Source: an uncultured Clostridia bacterium (lineage in GTDB: Bacteria; Bacillota; Clostridia; Christensenellales; CAG-1252). From it: a stretch of DNA of 43,563 nucleotides. The DNA lies in NCBI GenBank assembly GCA_946625545.1, contig CAMOTC010000002.1, forward strand, positions 1-43,563, read 5' to 3'. Both the position numbers and the translations under genes were made by a program. Of this stretch, positions 36,050 to 43,563 are shown piece after piece (within the stretch, counting starts at the first letter, position 1; each line of letters starts with the position of its first letter). Under the pieces are notes generated by a model. It worked only from the letters and a program-made list of their open reading frames with translations, was not told the origin of the DNA and searched no databases.

Positions 36050-39000
36050 TCAGACAAAGCGACAAAGGATAGAGAGATTTTCTTCACATTCTTTGAGCGA
36101 GACGCGATCGATCTTTTTGCCGTCCAGGAAGAGTCCGCGCGCTTCGCCGCGCTGATAGTCGATCGTGATATGATGTCCGTCAAGGACGATCTCTGCTTGC
36201 AAATGGTTGTAACAAGCGGGGAAACAAGGCTCTAGGTAAAGATAATCTCCTCGACGTTTGATCCCAAAGAAGTCCTCGGTCAAGACGTACTTTAGCCACC
36301 CTGCACTCCCCGTGTACCAAGTCCATCCCGCACGTCCGAGATAAGGTTCATAGCCGTAGATATCTCCCGGCAAAACGTAGGGTTCACCCTTATAAACTAG
36401 CGTTCCTTCCCTCGTCGAACATCGATACATTGGATTTAGATCCTTGAGAACACGATATGCCCCTTCCTTCTCGCCGAGCTCGAGGAGCGCTTTGAGATAC
36501 CATACAGCTGCATGGGTGTATTGCCCACCGTTTTCCCTGATCCCCTTCGGATAGGCTGAAATATAGCCGTAATCCGAATGTAAGTCAAAGGGTGGAGATA
36601 GTAGTTTCACGATGCAGGCGGTAGCTTCCGCGAGGTCATGCGCCGTTGCCATCGCCCTTCTCGCATCCTGTTCGGGCGAGATCTTGGATAGCACTGCCCA
36701 AGTCTGCGTATTCAGCGCAAGCCGGCACACGCGCCCCTCCGAATATCCAAGCCACGAGCCATCGTCACTAAAGGCGAGCGGATAACGTCCGTCACGAAGA
36801 AGCGGGATGACGCTCTTTTGCAGTTTCTCGAGATGAGATGATAATTCTCGCCGAATATGGTCGGGATAGTATTTCATGGCGTCCGAAATCACTCGATAGG
36901 CAAACATCGTCAGCCATACACTTTCCCCTTTTCCCTTTCGTCCCACCCGATCCAATCCGTCGTTCCAGTCACCGCTCCCGATCTTCAGGAGCGAATGCTC
37001 TCCGTACTGGAGAGAGACGCGGATCGCGCGGAGTAAATGCTCGCGAATCGGCGCGCTATCCCCGAGACGAGGGATCTCGTAGCGGCTGATCTCATTCTCA
37101 TCGAGGATGGGAGATAGGAGAAAGGGGACGCTCTCATCCAAGATCAAGAGATCCCCCGTTACGTCGATATATTTCTCCGTAACGTAGAGAAGCCACAAGC
37201 GATCGTCCGAAATGCGCGTCCGTACTCCCGTAAAAGGCGGATGCCACCAATGCTGAACGTCCCCCTCGGTGAATTGGTGGGATGCTGCGAGAAGTATCTG
37301 CTCACGCGCCTTATTGGGAGCGGATACCAGGAGCCCGAGGACGTCCTGCAACTGATCTCGGAAACCGTAAGCTCCACTGCATTGATAAAAACCGCTCTTC
37401 GCATTCAATCGAGCGCTCGAGAGTTGATAAGGTAAGCAAACGTTATACAGCCTGTCGAGGTATTCGTCGGGCGTTTTTACGTGGATAACGTTGTTAAGAA
37501 GGCTTGTAAGCGTCTTTGCCTTGGAGAAAGCGAGAGCTCTGTCATCCATCTTCTCGATCGGAAAAGAGGAGATCACAAAGCGATAGTGCCCTTTCACAAG
37601 TGCTCGCGGAGAGCGGAAAGAGATCTTCCCGGACTTTTCGATAGAATGAACGACTGTCGGTGCGCCGTCAAGCGAGTAAATATACGCGGTCATTCCGTTC
37701 TCAATATTTGTGAGAACAAAGCCGTTCTCCACCTCCTGAACGCATATCTTCTCCGTAAATCGCCATCCCAAGGAAGGGATTACGTCGAGTGAAAGAAATG
37801 CGTCCGTCGGGAGATTATCGCTATAAGCGATATCGTATATCTTTCTGCGCCCTTCGTCACAAATTGAGACACTCACACGCATCGTTATACCGTCGATGAT
37901 GTGCAAAAATCGACTCTCTCCGACCAGATGTTCACAGTGATTTGCATTCAGCACATAGTGCTCGCCGCGGCAGTGATACACGATCTCCTCTGTGCGCGAG
38001 TCGCGAATGGCGTCTCCCGTCCATACGGTGATCTTATCTTCGCGAGAGTTTTTACCAAAGGTAAAGCCACCACCGTTCTCGGTGATCACAAAGCCGCCTT
38101 CCTTGCCTCCGACGACGTTCGAATAAGGTAAAAGTGTCGCCTCGGAGAAAGGACGAACCGCATAGCCGCCTTCGGTAAAACAGCCCTCTCCGCAACCTTT
38201 CACAGGAGCGGCGCTTCCACCCGTGGAAGGGAGCCGCACCTCATGATCAACGGGCAGCGAGGTAATATCTTCGAGCGGCTGTGACAATATGACCTTTGCA
38301 CAAGATCGGAATATACTCCCCCTTTCACGATCAAGGATGATGGCGGTATCGTCTATCGACGAGAGAATCTTCGAGACTGCCTCTCGTTCACTCATTCCCG
38401 CTCCGGGGATATCTCCCGCTACGACAATGAATTTATGCGCGAGTCCACACTCTCGCAGGTGATGAGAAACCGAGATCATAGCGGTCAGCCTGCGACGATC
38501 TTTCTCTTCCTCCGCGTCAAAGTAGAGGATATCCTCACACCCTGATACGCCGATCGAGGCGAGTTCATCCTTGCGCTTCAATCTCCCTGACAGAACGCTC
38601 TGCGGCGTACGCATATAGAGGAGTCGCCCTGCGATCTTGAGTGAATAATCGGTATATTCGTCAGTCTTGTCCGGATCACGCCCGAGGAGCTCTATCGCCC
38701 CCGAACGATATGCCAGATCCACTTTTTGATTTCTCTCTTTGAGGTGCTCGGCGTCGCGATCAGCCAAAAAGACGAGATATACGACGCTCTCCCCATGCGG
38801 GGGGATCTCCGTTTCGCCGCTAAGACCGAAACAGGGATAGAGTACGTCGCCGAGCTTCGGGGCGGCACTGCTTCTCACCCCCAATGCAAAATCTTTATAA
38901 AAATCACCGAGACGACCGATCACGTTATAGGAATTACAGTTGATCTCAAGATCGGATAAGCCCTTTACCATCAAAGAAGCGGAAAGCACCTCTTTGCAGT

Positions 39001-42000
39001 CCGGGCCTCGCCGCGTAAGGTATTGGGTATGCGACTCCTCGTCGTATTCGGCAGAGACGAACATATCGGAAAACGCAGGATGAGAGAAATAGGCGTCATC
39101 TCTATTCATCACCATATCCGCATAAGCAGAGAGCCGCACTTTTCGCGGACTGTCGCCGGGGTTTTCGAGGACGATCTTCCGGATCTCTCCACCATAACCA
39201 TCGAGAGGAGATATCTCCATCCTCGCTTTGCGATGGGGGTTGACATACTTCACCTCTCGATCTCCAAAGACAGCGTAACAATCCTGCCCTCCAAAGGGGT
39301 AATAGGTAGGAGAATAGATTTCATCCCCTTCTTTGATCTCGATAAATATGCCGCCGTATTCAGGAGAATACTCCAATACTTTCGTCAGTCGATACTCCCC
39401 GAGCATCGCCCCGCTTCGACCGAGAGCGTCGTAGGTCGCCCTATATTCTCCACTCTTTATGACGAGGGTATCGGGAATAGCGGTAGGATGGGAAACGACC
39501 TCTTTCTTCCTCGGCAAAGCAGCAAGAGGAGAGATGGCTACCGGGGACTTTCGATCATAGATGTTATCCTCGGTCAAGAGGATCTGAACGGCGCGAATAC
39601 GTGGGAGTGAAGTAAAGAGTCTGACGATCTCATCTCGGCACATGTAATTCGTTATCGCGGCAAGCGCCATCCCCTGATGGTGAGTCATATAGCTCGAAAC
39701 GACGTCCCCATCGTGATCGAAGTCTATCGCTTCGTAAAAGCCATACTCCCCCTCCGCATCGAACTTTGACAATTCGTATAGATTGGCTATAGCGGCGCTC
39801 CGAATGGCGGGAAGATAGAGAAATGAAGCATAGGGAGCGATGACGTCGGAGGTCTCTCCCGACAGCGCGAGTGCGCGACACCCGACCGCCTTATACATAA
39901 AAGCCGTCGCATCGTTAAAGGCATAGTATCCACATTCCGATCGACCGAAAATCCCCCTGCTCCGATCCCGCATCTGCACCCTCCCCGACCTCTCCTCCTG
40001 CGTGCGGATCAGACTTCCAAAGGGTGCAGAAAGAAAGATGCGCGGGAGCATATACTCAAACGCAGTTCCGCTCCAAGATAGGAGAGTATTACCACAGAGC
40101 GAGGTGCATTCACGCCCGAGAGAAAAGTAGCATTTATGATCTATCCCTTGTGAGATGGCGAGATAGTAGGCAAGGCGCGATTCCGAAGCGAGGAGATCGT
40201 ATCTGCCGTAGAGACGATTTTCATCGGTATTCTTCACGATGGCGAGACATTTCGCCCTTGCATCATAGAGGATAGTAAAATCCGTCTCTATCGCGAGCGC
40301 TCTCGCCCTGTCTGCGAGCTCGAGCTCTCCTTCCTCTCGCAAAAACGCCTCTATGACAGAGACGCAACAAACGAAATTCGCACTATCCACAGTGGAGACC
40401 ACGCGAGGCGGCATCACTGTAAAGGTCTCGACATTATACCAATTATATAAATGCCCGTGATAACGTTCCAATCGGTCGATCTTGTCAAGGATAGCGCGGA
40501 TATTCTCTATCGCCTGCCCCTGCTCGATAAATCCGAGCTTAAAAGCAGAGACCTCGGCGAGAAGATCAAATCCGAGGTTTGTCGGCGAGGTCATACGCGA
40601 CTTCATCCGATAAGGAAAGAGTTGAAGGTTGTCGGGGATCAATCCATCTCCTCGCATATCCTCAAAATAGCGGTAGATTTTAGAGGCGTATCCTCTGAGC
40701 ATCTCGCGATCCTTCTCGGAAATATCGGTATAGTGGATATCTCGACCCGAGAGTAAAAGAGTAAAAGCATAGAACATAAAGAGGAGAGTATATGCTGTCA
40801 GCCACAGTTCCCCGAGGAGGATCGTCCCCACCGTAAGGAGAATGACCGTAGGGAGAAGGATCCTTGCACCATCTGCCGCGCCACCCGATCTCTGCGTAGC
40901 GCGAAATGGCGTCCACTCCAAGAGGTTATCACTGCGCGTAACCATCTTGAAACAGGTAACGATAAAGAGATACACCCCCGAGAGCGCGCGAAAAGGAAGG
41001 AGGAAAAGCTCCTCCGTCAAAAGCTCGAGCGATAGGATAAACCCGCGAAAGGCGTGCGAAAGCCTCACCCTCGTAAAGAAGGTACGAATGGAGAGAAGGA
41101 GCGCGTACGCCTTGATCAGGAGAAATAGCGAGAGCGCATAGAGGATAAGAAACAGACTCCCTGCGATATACGCAAAAACGAGCACGGACAGGATCATCGC
41201 ATCGCGAAGTACTGTCATTCCATTGATAAAGATGATGAGTTTATAGATAGGGGCGATGGGATTTTTTATCCTCTTTCCGCTCTTATCCTTTACACGATTG
41301 CAAAAGGCATAAGGGAGGAGCTGGATATCCCCTCTCTGCCATCTCGTCGTCCTGAGATGATCTCCCGAAAAGCTGCTCGGGGCATCCTCATAAACGCACC
41401 TCTTGACGGAGGTCGAATGTAGGACGGCGCCTTCGATGATGTCGTGGCTGAGTATCCTACCGTCGTGGAAAAAGTCGCTGAGTTTATCGAGATAGGCACC
41501 GATGCGGACGATGGCTTTGCCGCAGTATAGCGCACAGTCAAAGGTATCGGCATAGAAATCGGTATAATAGGGGTATGCCTCGGCGCCACACCCTCGAAGG
41601 TAACGGAGAGAATAGTGCGTCGATATCGAGTAGCGATTGATACGACCGCCGAAACTCATCAGGTCGTACTCACGATTAAGTGGATGCGCCATCGCGAGGA
41701 TCGCGGAGCGAATGGTCCCGGGGAGCAGCTCGCTGTCATCGTCGAGAAGGAGAGCGTATTCCGCGCGAGGGAGCTCCCCGATCACTCTGAATTTGTCTGT
41801 ATCTCGCTCTCTCACAGCGGAGAGAAAGTCAAGGATCGCGCCCCGCTTCCGTTCGTAGCCTCGCCACCTCTTCCCGATAAAAGAGCGTTTCCTGAGAAAG
41901 ATCGAGACCCGCTCCGATCGACGAAGAGAGGCGAGATAGGCAGCTATCTCTTCGTCGCTTTCTCCCCACTCGCGGTCGCTCGACGGGAGGTCGGCGAGGA

Positions 42001-43384
42001 TCACGTATGATACGGCAGGATCGTGCTCCGACGATGCAAGGGTCTCTATCTGCTGCATCGCGTCGTCCGCATCCTCTCTCGTAGCGATAAACCGACTCAC
42101 AGTCACGACGGAACGACACTCCTCGGGAAAGGTTTTATAGTCCATCTGCGGGAGCGGCTTTGTTTTCATTTTGAGAGAGTAAGCCCTTTTCAAGAGGTAT
42201 TCCACAGGATGTAGAGAGGCGATAAAGAGTGGCACTACCGAGAGATACGCCCAAAGATTTCTGAGAAAATAGGCGGGGAAAGCTGCGATCACGATGGAAA
42301 TAAAGAGCACGAGAAAGGAGTACATCCCCTGCACTCTCGTCTTTTCATCTTTGAGCGGCTCGATGACTCCGCTTCTCAAGTATTTCGCGAGAGCCTCGGG
42401 ATAATAATATAGGATCTCACCGAAATGGAGAGACAGATCGTCGGCGATCTCGAGCGCGGCGCGGGCGACGCGCTGTTCGGAGACGGCGTTACGCTCTGCG
42501 CATTTCGAGGTCTGAAGGAGATAATCGTTTCGCGCCTTATCGCTCATATCCCGATACGAGACGTCCTTTCGATAGATGCGATCGGTCGGAGACAGGGAGA
42601 TCATAAGGCCCTCGTCGAGCTCAGCGCCGAGCGTCCGAAGCGAGCTGATGTAGGCAGAAGTCAAGAGGAGATTATCGGCAAGGAGATTGTCAAATCCGAG
42701 GCGAGCGGAGAGAAAATCCTCCTCCTTTACACTATCGATCCCCTCTTCTCCGTGCAACTCGGAATAATAGGTCAAATAGGAGTCCGAACGGAGATACATT
42801 TTGGAGAGAGACTTTTTTCGCGCTTTGAGATAGGCGTCAAAGTAGTGAATGGATCGCTCGGCAAATATAGAGATCTCGCTCAATAGACGATACGCTATCG
42901 CCTCTCCGAGCAGAGATATTTCGAGGTAGGTCAAGGGTGTCACGGCGTTAAAGGCGTTCACGACCTTCCCGATGCGATCTTTCGTCACCTTTCCTCCCGA
43001 ATACTTCACGATAAAGTCGGCAAGCACCATGATCCTGGGGAGTCCATTTGCGTGCGGGAGAGAGGTAAAGGCATGATAGTCGATATGATCGAGCGATCCG
43101 AGGAGGAGACGGATATTGTCCGAGATCCACTCCTCAAAGTCGTACACCTTGCGCCCAGCCTTTTTCTTTTTCATCACCACCTTTCGACACCCTAAAAGCG
43201 CGAGTTTCAAGGGATATTTCATCACGCCTGCCCCGCCGCTTCTCACGTTTCTGAGCTCGTGAGCGAGATAACCGATATTCCTGACCGCGTCCTCATCCGA
43301 CATATCGGAAGAGAACTCGCGGTTATTTTTTGCGGTGATTTTCGAGAGCAATTTTAAGATCCTTTTGGCAAGAAATAATATCAT
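36050..43384 (-). CDS. cgs: cyclic beta-1,2-glucan synthase-like giant multidomain protein (GT84 glycosyltransferase + TM cluster + glucoamylase/cyclisation-like domain + GH94 phosphorylase-like region)
   Basis: 2444 aa. The GT region (aa ~420-700) contains LLLDDDSEL (nt 41735..41743) and RWQRGD (nt 41327..41344). A hydrophobic cluster spans aa ~710-880. The middle domain has SPTNLGFDLL and YHGHLYNWYN (aa ~885-1275). The C-terminal GH94-type motifs are GFRDQLQD, GDVQHWWHP (coordinates checked at nt ~37238..37264), GSGDWNDG (nt ~36959..36973) and GGQYTHAAVWY. The upstream region has no clear SD or promoter. Confidence 0.75.
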   Translation of the reverse strand: MILFLAKRILKLLSKITAKNNREFSSDMSDEDAVRNIGYLAHELRNVRSGGAGVMKYPLKLALLGCRKVVMKKKKAGRKVYDFEEWISDNIRLLLGSLDHIDYHAFTSLPHANGLPRIMVLADFIVKYSGGKVTKDRIGKVVNAFNAVTPLTYLEISLLGEAIAYRLLSEISIFAERSIHYFDAYLKARKKSLSKMYLRSDSYLTYYSELHGEEGIDSVKEEDFLSARLGFDNLLADNLLLTSAYISSLRTLGAELDEGLMISLSPTDRIYRKDVSYRDMSDKARNDYLLQTSKCAERNAVSEQRVARAALEIADDLSLHFGEILYYYPEALAKYLRSGVIEPLKDEKTRVQGMYSFLVLFISIVIAAFPAYFLRNLWAYLSVVPLFIASLHPVEYLLKRAYSLKMKTKPLPQMDYKTFPEECRSVVTVSRFIATREDADDAMQQIETLASSEHDPAVSYVILADLPSSDREWGESDEEIAAYLASLRRSERVSIFLRKRSFIGKRWRGYERKRGAILDFLSAVRERDTDKFRVIGELPRAEYALLLDDDSELLPGTIRSAILAMAHPLNREYDLMSFGGRINRYSISTHYSLRYLRGCGAEAYPYYTDFYADTFDCALYCGKAIVRIGAYLDKLSDFFHDGRILSHDIIEGAVLHSTSVKRCVYEDAPSSFSGDHLRTTRWQRGDIQLLPYAFCNRVKDKSGKRIKNPIAPIYKLIIFINGMTVLRDAMILSVLVFAYIAGSLFLILYALSLFLLIKAYALLLSIRTFFTRVRLSHAFRGFILSLELLTEELFLLPFRALSGVYLFIVTCFKMVTRSDNLLEWTPFRATQRSGGAADGARILLPTVILLTVGTILLGELWLTAYTLLFMFYAFTLLLSGRDIHYTDISEKDREMLRGYASKIYRYFEDMRGDGLIPDNLQLFPYRMKSRMTSPTNLGFDLLAEVSAFKLGFIEQGQAIENIRAILDKIDRLERYHGHLYNWYNVETFTVMPPRVVSTVDSANFVCCVSVIEAFLREEGELELADRARALAIETDFTILYDARAKCLAIVKNTDENRLYGRYDLLASESRLAYYLAISQGIDHKCYFSLGRECTSLCGNTLLSWSGTAFEYMLPRIFLSAPFGSLIRTQEERSGRVQMRDRSRGIFGRSECGYYAFNDATAFMYKAVGCRALALSGETSDVIAPYASFLYLPAIRSAAIANLYELSKFDAEGEYGFYEAIDFDHDGDVVSSYMTHHQGMALAAITNYMCRDEIVRLFTSLPRIRAVQILLTEDNIYDRKSPVAISPLAALPRKKEVVSHPTAIPDTLVIKSGEYRATYDALGRSGAMLGEYRLTKVLEYSPEYGGIFIEIKEGDEIYSPTYYPFGGQDCYAVFGDREVKYVNPHRKARMEISPLDGYGGEIRKIVLENPGDSPRKVRLSAYADMVMNRDDAYFSHPAFSDMFVSAEYDEESHTQYLTRRGPDCKEVLSASLMVKGLSDLEINCNSYNVIGRLGDFYKDFALGVRSSAAPKLGDVLYPCFGLSGETEIPPHGESVVYLVFLADRDAEHLKERNQKVDLAYRSGAIELLGRDPDKTDEYTDYSLKIAGRLLYMRTPQSVLSGRLKRKDELASIGVSGCEDILYFDAEEEKDRRRLTAMISVSHHLRECGLAHKFIVVAGDIPGAGMSEREAVSKILSSIDDTAIILDRERGSIFRSCAKVILSQPLEDITSLPVDHEVRLPSTGGSAAPVKGCGEGCFTEGGYAVRPFSEATLLPYSNVVGGKEGGFVITENGGGFTFGKNSREDKITVWTGDAIRDSRTEEIVYHCRGEHYVLNANHCEHLVGESRFLHIIDGITMRVSVSICDEGRRKIYDIAYSDNLPTDAFLSLDVIPSLGWRFTEKICVQEVENGFVLTNIENGMTAYIYSLDGAPTVVHSIEKSGKISFRSPRALVKGHYRFVISSFPIEKMDDRALAFSKAKTLTSLLNNVIHVKTPDEYLDRLYNVCLPYQLSSARLNAKSGFYQCSGAYGFRDQLQDVLGLLVSAPNKAREQILLAASHQFTEGDVQHWWHPPFTGVRTRISDDRLWLLYVTEKYIDVTGDLLILDESVPFLLSPILDENEISRYEIPRLGDSAPIREHLLRAIRVSLQYGEHSLLKIGSGDWNDGLDRVGRKGKGESVWLTMFAYRVISDAMKYYPDHIRRELSSHLEKLQKSVIPLLRDGRYPLAFSDDGSWLGYSEGRVCRLALNTQTWAVLSKISPEQDARRAMATAHDLAEATACIVKLLSPPFDLHSDYGYISAYPKGIRENGGQYTHAAVWYLKALLELGEKEGAYRVLKDLNPMYRCSTREGTLVYKGEPYVLPGDIYGYEPYLGRAGWTWYTGSAGWLKYVLTEDFFGIKRRGDYLYLEPCFPACYNHLQAEIVLDGHHITIDYQRGEARGLFLDGKKIDRVSLKECEENLSILCRFV

Positions 43385-43423
43385 AATAATGAAATTATTT
43401 ACCGCGGATAAATAAAATAATCA

Positions 43424-43452
43424 TTGCAAGGCACCCGAAAAGATGCTATACT
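43424..43452 (+). promoter_or_regulatory. SigA-type promoter for RNase P RNA
   Basis: Reads TTGCAA (43424..43429), 17 nt, TATACT (43447..43452). The predicted TSS is near 43459, at the start of the rnpB P1 strand. Confidence 0.55.
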
Positions 43453-43458
43453 TGACAC

Positions 43459-43563
43459 GTGAGTTAACCAGACGGTCGCATCGAAAGATGAGGAAAGTCC
43501 GAGCACCACAGGACAGAGTGCCGGCTAACTACCGGTGAAGGCGACTTCAAGGAAAGTGCACAG
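43459..43563 (+). ncRNA. rnpB: RNase P RNA, bacterial type A; 5' portion only, continues past the right edge
   Basis: Reads GTGAGTTAACCAGACGGTCGC-ATCGAAAGATG-AGGAAAGTCCGAGCACCACAGGACAGAGTGCCGGCTAAC.ACCGG...AGTGCACAG. This parallels E. coli M1 RNA (GAAGCUGACCAGACAGUCGC...GAGGAAAGUCCGGGCUCCAUAGGGCAGGGUGCCAGGUAACGCCUGG...AGUGCAACAG), including the universal P4 GAGGAAAGUCC. Confidence 0.85.

Noticed and set aside
43385-43459. Palindromic TTGCAA (43424..43429) acting as a shared -35 for both rnpB and the giant gene
   Set aside because: It fits rnpB (17 nt to TATACT). On the minus strand, no acceptable -10 lies at 16-19 nt: only CGCGGT at 17 nt and weak TAAATA/AATAAT at 22-24 nt.
1-43563. Search for CRISPR arrays, IS elements or transposases, integrases, prophage genes, toxin-antitoxin pairs or defence-island signatures
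   Set aside because: None was seen. Every ORF over 100 aa on the coding strand is accounted for by housekeeping or ordinary enzyme families. The only repeats are short coding low-complexity tracts and terminator palindromes.

Overview
This window is a conserved, almost entirely minus-strand block of core genes from a spore-forming Firmicute, probably of the class Clostridia. All calls rest on motif recognition and hand translation; no searches were run. Gene order (minus-strand transcription runs from the right end of the window to the left): cyclic beta-1,2-glucan synthase-like giant gene, rarA, ruvX, DUF1292, rpsB-tsf, pyrH-frr-uppS-cdsA-dxr-rseP-ispG, a PolC-N-terminus-like orphan, rimP-nusA-ylxR-ylxQ-infB-rbfA-nrnA-truB-ribF, an endonuclease IV-like gene, an M24 peptidase, efp, polA-coaE, a lytic transglycosylase, tRNA-Leu(CAG), three small enzymes (SGNH, HAD, permuted papain-like), yunB, pheS-pheT and a truncated U32 peptidase. 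The only plus-strand genes are a Na/Pi cotransporter and the 5' part of a type-A RNase P RNA at the right edge. I see no CRISPR array, transposase, integrase, phage or recognisable defence module, so I do not claim a new multi-gene system. Three things deserve a second look. (1) A 484-aa ORF sits exactly where Firmicutes normally carry polC; it looks like the PolC N-terminal domains plus an OB fold plus a degenerate exonuclease-like domain, with no PHP or polymerase core. (2) A promoter architecture recurs in which a -10 hexamer lies exactly 6 nt upstream of an ATG with no Shine-Dalgarno (polA, M24 peptidase, ruvX, rarA, HAD hydrolase; 8 nt for the Na/Pi transporter), implying leaderless mRNAs, whereas operon-internal genes carry strong GGAGG sites. 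(3) A 2444-aa GT84 / cyclisation-domain / GH94 cyclic glucan synthase-like gene lies in a Gram-positive context with no exporter nearby. Smaller items are a terminator-like hairpin in the rimP-nusA leader, a ~90-nt extended palindrome between convergent genes, a pheST leader too short for a T-box, and a Cys-rich tail on the DUF1292 protein.
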